DNA of 33,284 nucleotides from a virus (Duplodnaviria > Caudoviricetes), in IMG/VR virus record IMGVR_UViG_3300025277_000072, positions 1-33,284 of that record. One strand, written 5' to 3'. Made by a program: the position numbers and the translations under genes. The notes below the pieces were generated by a model. That model did no database searches, was not told the DNA's origin, and saw only the letters and a list, made by a program, of their open reading frames with translations. Positions 1 to 8,337 of this stretch are shown piece after piece (within the stretch, counting starts at the first letter, position 1; the number at the start of each line of letters is the position of its first letter).

Positions 1-2
1 TC

Positions 3-824
3 AGTGTTCGTTTTGGCGGTCTGGCGCGGCTACGGCTCCCTCTCCCAGGCGGCGTGTACTTGGGAGGCGGGAAGCTCATCGTCGGGTCTCTGGCAACCGT
101 CGCCCTTGGGTTCATTGCCTCGATGTTTGTTTTAATTTCCAGTGGAGACCAGGAAATCACATGGCCTATGTTAGGCGCCTCGTATGATGCTCCTAGTATG
201 ATTGGCAGTCCTGTGGTGGATAGAGAGTTTCCCTCCGCTAGGTCACAAACTTTGAAGATTAACCTTCCAGCGGGTATCCGCTTGGACAAAGTTACCTTCA
301 AAAATATATCACTGGGGAAAATTGGACTTACTGATTCTTTCCAAATTGCAGGAACAAGCACAACAGATGTGATTACAATTGATACGTTGACTATCAAAAA
401 TAGCGAGTTTCCGACGATGGATTGGGCGGCGGGGGATATTTATACACTAACTGCCACATCTTCAGTAGTTGCCGCTGGTCACACGTTTTCCATGACTATG
501 GCAAGCACCACGAATGACGTGGTAATCGGGTCCGGCAGAGGGGCGACTTCATATATAGCGGAAGACATGACAGTTGACAGGATTCTTATCATACAGTCCA
601 CATCTGGCGGAGATGTGCTGATTGATGAGATGACTTTAGATGGCGTTCGTGCTTTTGCAGGCGCGTTTAATGCAGACAACTTTGAAATCGGTCGTCTCAT
701 CCTTGAAAATGTAAGAATCGGTGATGACGGGGACATTGATTCAGCAGATTTTGTGATAAATTCGTCAGTTTCCGTCGGAACGGTTAACGACGGCGTGCTT
801 GAGGAGCCAGTATTCATTCGGTAG
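3..824 (+). CDS. Membrane-anchored beta-strand-repeat (beta-helix-like) protein, 5'-truncated
   Basis: Frame is open from nt 3 (SVRFGGLARL...) through the tracked ORF at 54; hydrophobic segment LIVGSLATVALGFIASMFVLIS followed by repeated 'IDTLTIKN / VDRILII / IDEMTLDGV / IGRLILENV' strands. Confidence 0.6.
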   Translation, partial: SVRFGGLARLRLPLPGGVYLGGGKLIVGSLATVALGFIASMFVLISSGDQEITWPMLGASYDAPSMIGSPVVDREFPSARSQTLKINLPAGIRLDKVTFKNISLGKIGLTDSFQIAGTSTTDVITIDTLTIKNSEFPTMDWAAGDIYTLTATSSVVAAGHTFSMTMASTTNDVVIGSGRGATSYIAEDMTVDRILIIQSTSGGDVLIDEMTLDGVRAFAGAFNADNFEIGRLILENVRIGDDGDIDSADFVINSSVSVGTVNDGVLEEPVFIR

Positions 825-833
825 GAGCGTGAG

Positions 834-1061
834 ATGTGGAAGATATTTGTAATGGCGTTAACACACAAGGACCTGATGGCGCTGGCTCTGGAGTTCGCTG
901 TGTACGCCAAGGATTCCACGAAGGACGGCAAGTTTAACGGTCGTGAGCGTGGCCGCGTGCTGAGCTACATGTGGCGCATGGTGAAGACGATTGAAGGTAT
1001 GGATAGACCTGCCCCAGGACGCCCTAGAAGCCTCGGAGAGCCACGCAAGCAGGAAGAGTAG
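834..1061 (+). CDS. Small hypothetical protein, last gene of the + strand (late) operon
   Basis: 75-aa ORF, AGGAG RBS overlapping the previous stop, converges on rusA. Confidence 0.7.
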   Translation: MWKIFVMALTHKDLMALALEFAVYAKDSTKDGKFNGRERGRVLSYMWRMVKTIEGMDRPAPGRPRSLGEPRKQEE

Positions 1062-1101
1062 GTTCTTCTCCGTCTCTACTTGACCTGCTTGCGTTGCGCT
1101 C

Positions 1102-1470
1102 TCAATCTTTGATTTGACGAATCACTATTTCGGTGTAGCTTGTGTCGTCCAGAACGTACTGTCCCGAGAGTTTTGAGACGTGCTTGCCTGAGTCGTCGTG
1201 GATGACCTCTCCCACCAGCCCATCTATCCAAGCCTTCGATGCGGCCAGAAGATTGTCCACGTCCCTGCTCCGTCGGTCTCCCGCGTGATAGACAAACTCT
1301 AAGGCAACGTGCCCCCATAGGGGGTCCTGTCTGAGGTCCCTGCTTCGCACCTCTGCCACCATCTCGTCCTTCGCAGCCTGGAAGTGCCGGTTCTTTTGCA
1401 TGTGGTAGTTGCGGGAGTTGGGGTTAAGCTCTCTTGCGGGTAGGTGGGGTATGACCATGCGCATTGCCAT
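1102..1470 (-). CDS. rusA: RusA-family Holliday junction resolvase
   Basis: RDVDNLLAASKAWIDGL...DDS matches the RusA DxDN..K...D.L...DD motif; start moved to ATG 1470 behind GGAGAGGAG. Confidence 0.85.
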   Translation of the reverse strand: MAMRMVIPHLPARELNPNSRNYHMQKNRHFQAAKDEMVAEVRSRDLRQDPLWGHVALEFVYHAGDRRSRDVDNLLAASKAWIDGLVGEVIHDDSGKHVSKLSGQYVLDDTSYTEIVIRQIKD

Positions 1471-1475
1471 GTGCC

Positions 1476-2744
1476 TTAGCTCCTCTCCAGGTAGACGTAC
1501 TTGCCCTTCTCGGCATGCTGCCACAGGCGGTTATTCCACCTCTTGTCCGAGAGGCTCGTTTTCACAGTGGCGTAGTTGTCCCAGCCAATGCCTTCCCTGA
1601 CTTCCTCTATGGTCATGGGGACGTACTCAAAGGAGCCGTTATTCCCGACCTCGATGCTCTCACGCAGGAACACCTCAATCTGTTGCCATAAGTCCATGCC
1701 CGAACGGGTGTCTTCTTCCTCTGACGGGTCTCTCTCCGACACCCACACCGCGTCGATGTTGGACTTCTCATCGTCTTTGAACACAAACTCCAGGCCGAAG
1801 GAATCGTGCCTGCGTCCCACGTTGGTCTTACGATGGTACAGGCCCATGAGGGAACGGTCCGACCCTACCGCTTGGGACGCGCGCATCTCCCACACGTTCC
1901 TGGCCTCGTTGAGGTTATAGACCGAGCCTATCGGCCCTCCGGCGCTCTCCTTGGAGACATGGTCTATGATTACCGATGTCACGTGCAGGGAGCGCAGGGC
2001 GTTGAACATATCAATTGTTTCCTTCGCTTCGTTTATCAGTCCGCCTATCGCTGCGCCTTTAGCGTCCACGATAACGAGGTCGATATCCTCGGCCGCAATC
2101 ATAGAGGCGATGGTGTCTATATCGTCCACGAGGGACTGATGGCAGTAGCGGTAGTTTATCTCCGCCTCGATGCCGAGGCCCTTGCTGAGCGCTGCCAACC
2201 TGTCGTTGAGGTCGTCCTCGCCGGACTCCCAATCGAGGTACAGCACGTTGGCCGGTTGCGGGGCCAGACGCCCGACGCTCAGGTTGTACTGGACGAGCAG
2301 CGCAAAGTAGAGGCTCACGTAGCTCTTGCCGATACCTCCTGCGCCGTAGATGATGCAGGGCGCGTCCTTTCGAATCACTGGGTACAGCAGGTACGGGACC
2401 TCTTTGCGCTTGGGGTTCTTCCCGATTTTCACCATCGCCGCGCCCTGTCGGTACGTCCGTATCGAGCGGGTGCAGAACAGTTCCACTATGCCGTCCCACT
2501 CCCCGATGGCAACGCGTTCTTCCAGGGTCTTGGCAAGCGTCTGCTTCGCCCTGCCGCCCGATAGGTTCTGTCGTTGCAGCAGAACGTGGGGGTGAACGAG
2601 GTTGGGGTGCTTGCCAAGGTCGGCCTCGATGGTGACATCAGCCGACAACTCGTGCCTCGACTCGTGGAACCTATCGACCTTAATCGTCATGCCAAACTCG
2701 GGAAAGTTGTACTGGTGGTAGCCGAATTTTGTTATCTCTTCCAT
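1476..2744 (-). CDS. RecA-fold ATPase/helicase (AAA_25, RepA/DnaB-like)
   Basis: Walker A GAGGIGKS, VLYLDWE, Walker B LVIVD, IIDHVSK, GS...ARNVW, HRKTN. Confidence 0.85.
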   Translation of the reverse strand: MEEITKFGYHQYNFPEFGMTIKVDRFHESRHELSADVTIEADLGKHPNLVHPHVLLQRQNLSGGRAKQTLAKTLEERVAIGEWDGIVELFCTRSIRTYRQGAAMVKIGKNPKRKEVPYLLYPVIRKDAPCIIYGAGGIGKSYVSLYFALLVQYNLSVGRLAPQPANVLYLDWESGEDDLNDRLAALSKGLGIEAEINYRYCHQSLVDDIDTIASMIAAEDIDLVIVDAKGAAIGGLINEAKETIDMFNALRSLHVTSVIIDHVSKESAGGPIGSVYNLNEARNVWEMRASQAVGSDRSLMGLYHRKTNVGRRHDSFGLEFVFKDDEKSNIDAVWVSERDPSEEEDTRSGMDLWQQIEVFLRESIEVGNNGSFEYVPMTIEEVREGIGWDNYATVKTSLSDKRWNNRLWQHAEKGKYVYLERS

Positions 2745-3016
2745 TAAACATTAAACCCCTTAAACGGTTTATCTTCTGGCTTGGGCCGGTTTTGGAACGG
2801 GCGTTTCTTGAGACGGGAGACCCGTAGGTCATCACGCAGTTCGTCGTGGACCTCGTCAATCGCCTGCCAAATCTCTCTTCGCACGGTCTCTATGGTGACG
2901 CTCTGTTCGGCCTCACGCGCTAGCGCCCACTTATAACGGCACCAGGGCGCGGCCACCTGAAAATCGTGGTCATCGCAGTAGCTAGGGGTGCAAGGCATAT
3001 CGCAAAACCTCCTCAT
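2744..3016 (-). CDS. Small Cys-rich hypothetical protein translationally coupled to the helicase
   Basis: 90-aa ORF with CDMPC...C..H...C; stop overlaps the helicase ATG. Confidence 0.6.
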   Translation of the reverse strand: MRRFCDMPCTPSYCDDHDFQVAAPWCRYKWALAREAEQSVTIETVRREIWQAIDEVHDELRDDLRVSRLKKRPFQNRPKPEDKPFKGFNV

Positions 3017-3091
3017 CTTTGCGTTCGGGCATTGGCACTGTTATAGACAGTGCGTTGTGGCTATGTTATGGGGGTTAGTGTTGGGCGCGGC

Positions 3092-4000
3092 TTACCACAC
3101 CGTCGGGAGCTCGTCAGGCAGGTCGAAGTAGTCTTCTAGTTCTGCCTTGGCGTTGTCGGTCAGCCCGGGCATGTTGAGCGAGTACCACAGCTGCATCGCA
3201 TTGAGGAACCCGTCGAGGGCCAGCTGGGGATTGCTCACACGGCGCGCCTCGAACTCCGCTGTTTCCTTGCCGAGGCGTATTACCCACGGCTCGATACGCT
3301 CCCAGGTGTTCCAAGGGAAGTCGAGGTTGCCGTTGACCTTCACCCGCAGGGGGTACGAGAGGGCGTTGGCGTACGCGGCCACCTGTAGGGCCATCTCTGA
3401 ATAGATGCCCTTGCCGGTCTTCCAATCCAGAACCATGAACTTGCCGTCAGAGTTATAGGCCAGCGCGTCCACGCTTCCGGCGTACCGGAATCCCTCGGAG
3501 TACACGGCGAACTCGGTCTTGAGCCACCGCTCTATCCCGGCTTCTTCCTCCCATTCGCGGAACGAATCGAACACGGTCATCAGGTCTTGCGGCGCCGTCG
3601 AGATGGGGCGGTCCTCCATGCGCGATGTGATGTACTCGGAGAGCCAATCGTGCGCGCGGGAGCCGAGGTCTGCGGCCTTTTCCTTGGTCTTTTTGGGCCT
3701 CTGCCCTGCCTCACGGAGCGCCTCCTCAAGCGTCTCCTCGGAGAGCATCTTGCCCACGTGGGGTTCGAGCTTCTCCGCAACGGCTTCGCGCCCCTGCTGA
3801 TTATACCATCGCATCAGCGCAGGCTTTGCCACGGTGTTCGATAGTATGGTGGTCACAGACCATAGGGGCAGCGGGTCTCCTGGCTTCTGGTAGGCCCTCA
3901 TGCCCCCTCGTGGCCCTGTAACCTGGTTCAGGTGCAGCAAGTCTTCGTCTATGATGGGGTACAGATGCACCTCTGTTGTCTTTACTTTGCTCTTAGCCAT
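3092..4000 (-). CDS. PD-(D/E)xK exonuclease (RecB/Cas4-like phage exonuclease)
   Basis: SVTTIL, AADLGSRAH, E..VYS..FRYAGSVDAL, VLDWKTGK, LQVAAYA motifs; GGAGGAG RBS. Confidence 0.9.
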   Translation of the reverse strand: MAKSKVKTTEVHLYPIIDEDLLHLNQVTGPRGGMRAYQKPGDPLPLWSVTTILSNTVAKPALMRWYNQQGREAVAEKLEPHVGKMLSEETLEEALREAGQRPKKTKEKAADLGSRAHDWLSEYITSRMEDRPISTAPQDLMTVFDSFREWEEEAGIERWLKTEFAVYSEGFRYAGSVDALAYNSDGKFMVLDWKTGKGIYSEMALQVAAYANALSYPLRVKVNGNLDFPWNTWERIEPWVIRLGKETAEFEARRVSNPQLALDGFLNAMQLWYSLNMPGLTDNAKAELEDYFDLPDELPTVW

Positions 4001-4009
4001 TGCTCCTCC

Positions 4010-4342
4010 TTAAATTAGCCGTAGCTGTTGCGCTTCGGACGTGGTCCAGTGCTTCAGGGTCAGGAACCATTGGGTGTTATGCCCTCGGTTTAACTCCCCC
4101 TTGTGGTCTAGGAACACGTCCATGCTTGTGACGTATCGCTTGTGTGTGTCTCGGGTCTCTACGATGAGGCCCGACGCGCCCATATTAAGGCCGTTCTCTA
4201 TCACGGAAATATCCCAAGCCCATGCAGGCGGCTTCCGCAGCATGTGCTGGCCCTCCTCTGCGCTCTTGACTAGGTCTCGGCCGTCGAAGTAGCAGGCGAA
4301 CCTACCGTCCTCGGTGTAGATGGGCGTGCGTCGGGAACTCAC
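4010..4342 (-). CDS. Hypothetical phage protein (HMLRKPPAWAWD motif)
   Basis: 110-aa ORF, GTG start behind GAGGAGG, fills the gap between neighbours. Confidence 0.7.
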   Translation of the reverse strand: MSSRRTPIYTEDGRFACYFDGRDLVKSAEEGQHMLRKPPAWAWDISVIENGLNMGASGLIVETRDTHKRYVTSMDVFLDHKGELNRGHNTQWFLTLKHWTTSEAQQLRLI

Positions 4343-4356
4343 TGCGTCCTCCTCGT

Positions 4357-5181
4357 TTACTCAGTTTGTGTTCGGAAATCTTCGGGCGGGACGAGCCCTG
4401 CTTCGACCGCTGCGTCCTGACAGGCGCTGAGCGCAAGGCGCATACTGCGTCCCTTCTCCTGCTTCACCCAGTCCACGGGGTCCAGGCCGTCAAGCCACTG
4501 TTCTATGTCGCTCCAGGCCCAGCCTGCTCTGTCCATGTACGTGTTGAACGCTTCCTCGGTAATCCGTTTGGGCGGCGCGGGGTAGACGTACGTGGGTTCC
4601 GGCTCCTCTTCCACCACCTCAACGATGTGCGCCCCGCTCTGTATTAACGCATCTACGAGGCCGTCAGCCTTGCCTGTGGAGATATAACCCACGAATCTCT
4701 CGGCCATAGCCACCACTCTCTGGAACTTGTCATCGTCATCGTCCAGCGCAAGGGGGGCAATCAGGGAAGAGGCGCAGTTAAGGCCGGTCTGTCTCCTGTA
4801 TACCATCTCCTTGTTGTCAGTCTCAGATGACGGCGCCGTGCCGTATACTGTGGGCACGGACTGAGAGGGCGGAGCCGTCGCGCCGTTCTGTTCGGCCTGG
4901 GACTGCGCTGTGGTCATGGTTCGCTCGTCCACGATGCCCTCGAACATTGCCACGTTCCACCAGAAGTGGTCGGGGAAGTCCCCGCTCTTGCCTTCCTTGA
5001 GTTCGCCCTTCACCAAGACGGCCTCGTAATCGTCCTTCCCGTCCCGCAGCTGTTCGCCTTGCTCCGGCGTTAGGTTCAGCGGGATGGGATACTTCCCGTA
5101 CCCCGGTATACTGCACCGGATGAGCGGGTTTCCTTTCTGGTTGGTTGACCGTGATTCCACGGTCACCCTCACTGTTTCCAT
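4357..5181 (-). CDS. Putative ssDNA-binding / annealing protein
   Basis: Beta-rich N-terminus, low-complexity linker, RQTGLNCA helix; sits next to the exonuclease; likely start ATG 5181 behind GGAGGG; function inferred from context. Confidence 0.45.
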   Translation of the reverse strand: METVRVTVESRSTNQKGNPLIRCSIPGYGKYPIPLNLTPEQGEQLRDGKDDYEAVLVKGELKEGKSGDFPDHFWWNVAMFEGIVDERTMTTAQSQAEQNGATAPPSQSVPTVYGTAPSSETDNKEMVYRRQTGLNCASSLIAPLALDDDDDKFQRVVAMAERFVGYISTGKADGLVDALIQSGAHIVEVVEEEPEPTYVYPAPPKRITEEAFNTYMDRAGWAWSDIEQWLDGLDPVDWVKQEKGRSMRLALSACQDAAVEAGLVPPEDFRTQTE

Positions 5182-5232
5182 GTTACCCTCCGTGTGGTAG
5201 ATTAGGGTTGCGATGGTGTCCACCTCGCAATT

Positions 5233-5261
5233 GGGACGGCTCCTATGGGGTCGTCCCTTTT
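5233..5261 (+). terminator. GC-rich hairpin with T-tract, oriented antisense to surrounding genes
   Basis: GGGACGGCTCC-TAT-GGGGTCGTCCC-TTTT; pairs fully (with G:U) only on the + strand. Confidence 0.5.
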
Positions 5262-5285
5262 CACGCGGCAGTTATTGCTCATAGG

Positions 5286-5537
5286 CTACTCCTCTCCATA
5301 TAAGAATTTACGTAAGGGTATTCTGCGAAAGCGCCAGGAATGTCCTACGCGCACCGCGCCAGGGAGTTCTTCTTTTCGGGCCATTGCGTGACCGGTCACA
5401 GTGCTGATGTTCAGCAGGATACATCCCGTCCTGAAATCCAACAGCATCTTGGTGTCATCGTTCAAATCCGCAATCGCTTGTTTCTTTGAACTTACAGTGA
5501 AGTCCTTGGGTGAGCGCCGCCATGCTTCCGTTGTCAT
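5286..5537 (-). CDS. Excisionase-like (HTH_17/MerR-type) DNA-binding protein
   Basis: LLDFRTGCILLNISTVTGHAMARKEELPGAVRVGHSWRF fits the Xis-like winged HTH; AAAGGAG RBS. Confidence 0.8.
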   Translation of the reverse strand: MTTEAWRRSPKDFTVSSKKQAIADLNDDTKMLLDFRTGCILLNISTVTGHAMARKEELPGAVRVGHSWRFRRIPLRKFLYGEE

Positions 5538-5553
5538 GCCATCTCCTTTCTAC

Positions 5554-5599
5554 ATGCAGCTATGTTATAACAGACAGTGATATGGGTCAATTGCTGCAT
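5554..5599 (-). promoter_or_regulatory. Sigma70-type promoter for the HTH/replication operon, flanked by an inverted repeat
   Basis: Minus strand TTGACC (5590-5585), 17 nt, TAACAT (5567-5562), with an overlapping TGtTATAAC; ATGCAGC (5554-5560) and GCTGCAT (5593-5599) bracket it. Confidence 0.6.
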
Positions 5600-5630
5600 A
5601 CTGACAACATCTGACAATACCCCTGTTCTT

Positions 5631-5840
5631 CTATTTGGTTCGTATTTCATGCTTTATCTCGCCTAGCATGTCTTGAATGCCGCCTGTCTCCATGTACTGC
5701 ATGCTGGACGCCAGCTGCATTCCTATGCCCACGAGGGCCTTGGCAATGACACGAAGATAGTAGACATCGCTCCCCCCGACGTTGTCGAGTCTATCGCGTA
5801 GGTCCTTCCATTCTTCTGCTGAAAATGGTTGCTGATTCAT
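5631..5840 (-). CDS. Small hypothetical early protein
   Basis: Start ATG 5840 behind AGGAGG; coupled to the upstream stop. Confidence 0.7.
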   Translation of the reverse strand: MNQQPFSAEEWKDLRDRLDNVGGSDVYYLRVIAKALVGIGMQLASSMQYMETGGIQDMLGEIKHEIRTK

Positions 5841-6043
5841 GCTTCGTCCTCCTTTTGTTTCGATTCGTTTCGTGAATGGACGGGGGGCCACATGAGTGGC
5901 TTAACTTCGGTGATGTCCAATCTTGATATGACGTACTGGTCGAAGAAAAGCTCGCAGGCTATATCATGGGCTTCGTCCTCATTCTCTGCCTCGAACTCCT
6001 TGACGACGGCCCATGCTTCCACCTCAGCTTTATACTTTGGCAT
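5837..6043 (-). CDS. Small acidic early protein (VKEFEAENEDEAHDIA)
   Basis: Start ATG 6043 behind GGAGGAG; 'VEAE.EEEA...A' pattern common in small phage proteins. Confidence 0.7.
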   Translation of the reverse strand: MPKYKAEVEAWAVVKEFEAENEDEAHDIACELFFDQYVISRLDITEVKPLMWPPVHSRNESKQKEDEA

Positions 6044-6335
6044 CACTCCTCCCTTCGTATCGGGCCCTATCCCTGTAATATGTTTCGATGCCGTCTTGGA
6101 TAGCATCGTCCCAGTTGTACATGCTATCACCGGCCCAACTCCCTATGAATTGTTTGACGGTACGGATGACTCCTTGCCTTTCCTCCAAGGGCAGGTCCTC
6201 AAATTTTCCTTCCGTCCGTTCGTCCTCGTTGTAGCAACCTTCTAGGTCTTCCACCGTCAGGACGTACAGGATTTCCTTTTCGTGGGAGGAAGCATACAAT
6301 AATTTCCTTGCTTGTATCTCACACATATCACACAT
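6030..6335 (-). CDS. Small acidic early protein with N-terminal CxxC
   Basis: Start ATG 6335 (MCDMC) behind AAGGAGGAG. Confidence 0.7.
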   Translation of the reverse strand: MCDMCEIQARKLLYASSHEKEILYVLTVEDLEGCYNEDERTEGKFEDLPLEERQGVIRTVKQFIGSWAGDSMYNWDDAIQDGIETYYRDRARYEGRSDAKV

Positions 6336-6355
6336 TGTTCTCCTCCTTGTTTGTG

Positions 6356-6577
6356 TTACAGACCCCAACTGTGTGACGGTTGTGTCGATAGGTTCGTAGT
6401 CTTGATACGTTTGACGTTAGTGCCGCCTCTATTCTCGACCAAGACAGCTGGGGGATTTCCGTGCATTGGCGGGTAGGTCTTCAGCACTTTCGCATAGTGG
6501 TGAAAACAGTAAGGCAACAGGGGCAGGCCCTGACACTTACAACGCCCGACTTCGTACACTACTTCTCCTATCTGCAT
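6356..6577 (-). CDS. Small Cys/His-containing early protein
   Basis: 73-aa ORF, GGAGAGGA RBS, CKC...C.HH. Confidence 0.6.
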   Translation of the reverse strand: MQIGEVVYEVGRCKCQGLPLLPYCFHHYAKVLKTYPPMHGNPPAVLVENRGGTNVKRIKTTNLSTQPSHSWGL

Positions 6578-6613
6578 GTCATTCCTCTCCTTATTTCTCT
6601 GATGGTCTTGGGC

Positions 6614-6829
6614 TTAGTCATTTCGCACCCACCTTTCGATTGTGTGGCTGTATTTGTTTAGGAACTCCTCGACGGCCACCAGCTTGCAGCCGTCCCTATG
6701 CTCGTCGCCGTCCTCCACGCCGCACTCATTACAGTAAAGTTTGTACTCGGCCGGAGTGTACCGAGTCTCGGGATAGGTCTGCACCCGTCCGTACACGAGT
6801 TCGTTAATGATACGGTTTGTTATGTTCAT
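6614..6829 (-). CDS. Small zinc-finger early protein
   Basis: Start ATG 6829 overlaps the upstream TGA; CNECG...H...C. Confidence 0.7.
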   Translation of the reverse strand: MNITNRIINELVYGRVQTYPETRYTPAEYKLYCNECGVEDGDEHRDGCKLVAVEEFLNKYSHTIERWVRND

Positions 6830-7560
6830 GCCGTCGCCCTCGCTTTCTCCAGCGCTAGCCTCAGTTGTTTTAGCGCACCGTGTCCGTGCAGTCCGATGAC
6901 ATACCCCCGCTCCTTCAGGAGTTCGACATTGGCGCATAGCATGCACTTGTCGCAGGTCACCTCGGGATTGAAGTTGTTGGGACACGGCAGGACTGTGACG
7001 CCCTCACGCTCATGCACCTTGCGGGACAGGTGCTTCAAGTACGTCCACTCTGCCGACGGATACCCCATTTCTTCCCTCGCGATGTTGATGCCTTCGACCG
7101 TCTCGCACGATGCGAGGACTCTTGCGCCCATCCATGCGGAGTACGGGACCTTGGCCCATGAGTGGCAGTAGGTGTAAGCCTGCCGTCCGGTGCGTTCCTC
7201 GAACCGCACCATAGCGGAGCCTACGAGGTTTGCCGCCGGTATGGTCTGGCAGTCTCCGACGACGTGAATACGCGCGTCCCTGTCGCCCGAGAAATCGTCT
7301 ATGATTTCAGCTTCCACCTCTGCGACCGCTAGCGCAAGGCGCATACGTTCGGCGCCGTACACATCGTCCTCCATCTCGCCGTAGAACGGGCAGTCCTGGG
7401 GGCATGTGACCTGGGAAGCGTGGGTCACGTGAAGGTCGCCCAGCTTGCTTGCGCCGGTCTTGTCCACGCCGATGGCGGTCATCTCTTCGTTCATGCGGTT
7501 GGTCGTGAATTGCTGTTTCCCCGTGTTTGTATAACAACCGTTTCCTTTGGTTATTCGCAT
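6826..7560 (-). CDS. Phage GP88-like (radical-SAM-fold, Fe-S) protein
   Basis: Start ATG 7560 behind AAGGAGG; KLG..TH...TCPQDCPF, RIHVVGD, AYTY.H, LASCET, PCP...TCDKCMLC, IGLHGHG. Confidence 0.7.
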   Translation of the reverse strand: MRITKGNGCYTNTGKQQFTTNRMNEEMTAIGVDKTGASKLGDLHVTHASQVTCPQDCPFYGEMEDDVYGAERMRLALAVAEVEAEIIDDFSGDRDARIHVVGDCQTIPAANLVGSAMVRFEERTGRQAYTYCHSWAKVPYSAWMGARVLASCETVEGINIAREEMGYPSAEWTYLKHLSRKVHEREGVTVLPCPNNFNPEVTCDKCMLCANVELLKERGYVIGLHGHGALKQLRLALEKARATA

Positions 7561-7577
7561 GTGTCCACCTCCTTGAT

Positions 7578-7595
7578 TGTACTTGTACAAGTACA
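7578..7595. repeat. 18-bp palindrome, copy 1 (perfect): TGTACTTGTACAAGTACA
   Basis: Read directly; 17 nt upstream of ATG 7560. Confidence 0.95.
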
Positions 7596-7613
7596 GACTA
7601 TGACGCTCTATTT

Positions 7614-7856
7614 TTAGAACTCTCGTATCATTTCGTCTAGCGCTTCGATGTCTAGCTCTTTGTCCCACAGGCTGACCCCGTCGCCGGTGTGGGTGCATTT
7701 GAACATTCCGTTCATGAAGTCCATCCGCAGGCTTAGGTATGGTTGTGGGTAGGTCGAGTACCCTTGTGAGGCACGATAGACTGTGTAGTCGTTCCCCAGC
7801 CACAACGCCACGTTCCAAGTGGCGCGGTTCTTCCAGCCGTTATACTCGTCGCTCAT
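7614..7856 (-). CDS. Widespread small phage early protein (YNGWxNxxTWNVALW family)
   Basis: EYNGWKNRATWNVALWLGND; start ATG 7856 behind AAGGAGG. Confidence 0.8.
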   Translation of the reverse strand: MSDEYNGWKNRATWNVALWLGNDYTVYRASQGYSTYPQPYLSLRMDFMNGMFKCTHTGDGVSLWDKELDIEALDEMIREF

Positions 7857-8125
7857 TGCGTCCTCCTTGCTTCTCGCTGTTTCCGGTGCCACTCGAATCT
7901 TCCAGGATTGCACCCGCAATCGCACTGGATATTAAGGTCCGGCTCCATCTTGGCCGTGCATTCGTGGTCGGGCAATTCCTCGCCCATCGTGACCATGAAC
8001 GCAACCTGCTTCACCCATGCCTTACGATGGTCCCAGTCGTCATCGAGGAGTTCATTCCCCCCGATGCCGAGGTCATACGCTGGCAGTGAGCAGTCGTCGC
8101 ATATGTTCATATCCCTAACCGTCAT
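7853..8125 (-). CDS. Small Cys-rich early protein
   Basis: Start ATG 8125 behind GGAGG; CDDC...HEC...CDCGC. Confidence 0.7.
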   Translation of the reverse strand: MTVRDMNICDDCSLPAYDLGIGGNELLDDDWDHRKAWVKQVAFMVTMGEELPDHECTAKMEPDLNIQCDCGCNPGRFEWHRKQREARRTQ

Positions 8126-8127
8126 TG

Positions 8128-8337
8128 TTATCCTCCGTGTCCCATGATTAAGAGTTCCTCGGCGCCGAACACCTTGCGTTCGCCGCATGACTCGCACTCG
8201 TAGTTCCTGGCGTCCGGCTCACACCCGCCCTGCACGTAATGGCAGGCAAGGCATATACCGTCGTTGCCCATGCCGAACATCTGCTCCTCCGCGAGTTGCA
8301 TCACCATGTTTTCAAACTCTTGTTTCGTGTGTTTCAT
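8128..8337 (-). CDS. Zinc-ribbon early protein
   Basis: GICLAC...GCEPDARNYECESCGERKVFGAEELL, a common phage Zn-ribbon pattern. Confidence 0.8.
   Translation of the reverse strand: MKHTKQEFENMVMQLAEEQMFGMGNDGICLACHYVQGGCEPDARNYECESCGERKVFGAEELLIMGHGG

Noticed and set aside
5286-5537. Evidence of lysogeny from the excisionase-like gene
   Set aside because: HTH_17 proteins are often plain regulators; no integrase, att site or CI-like repressor seen
7561-7818. N-terminal extension of the tracked 330-aa ORF
   Set aside because: It overlaps the real gene 7614..7856 and the palindrome; AAGGAGG supports ATG 7560
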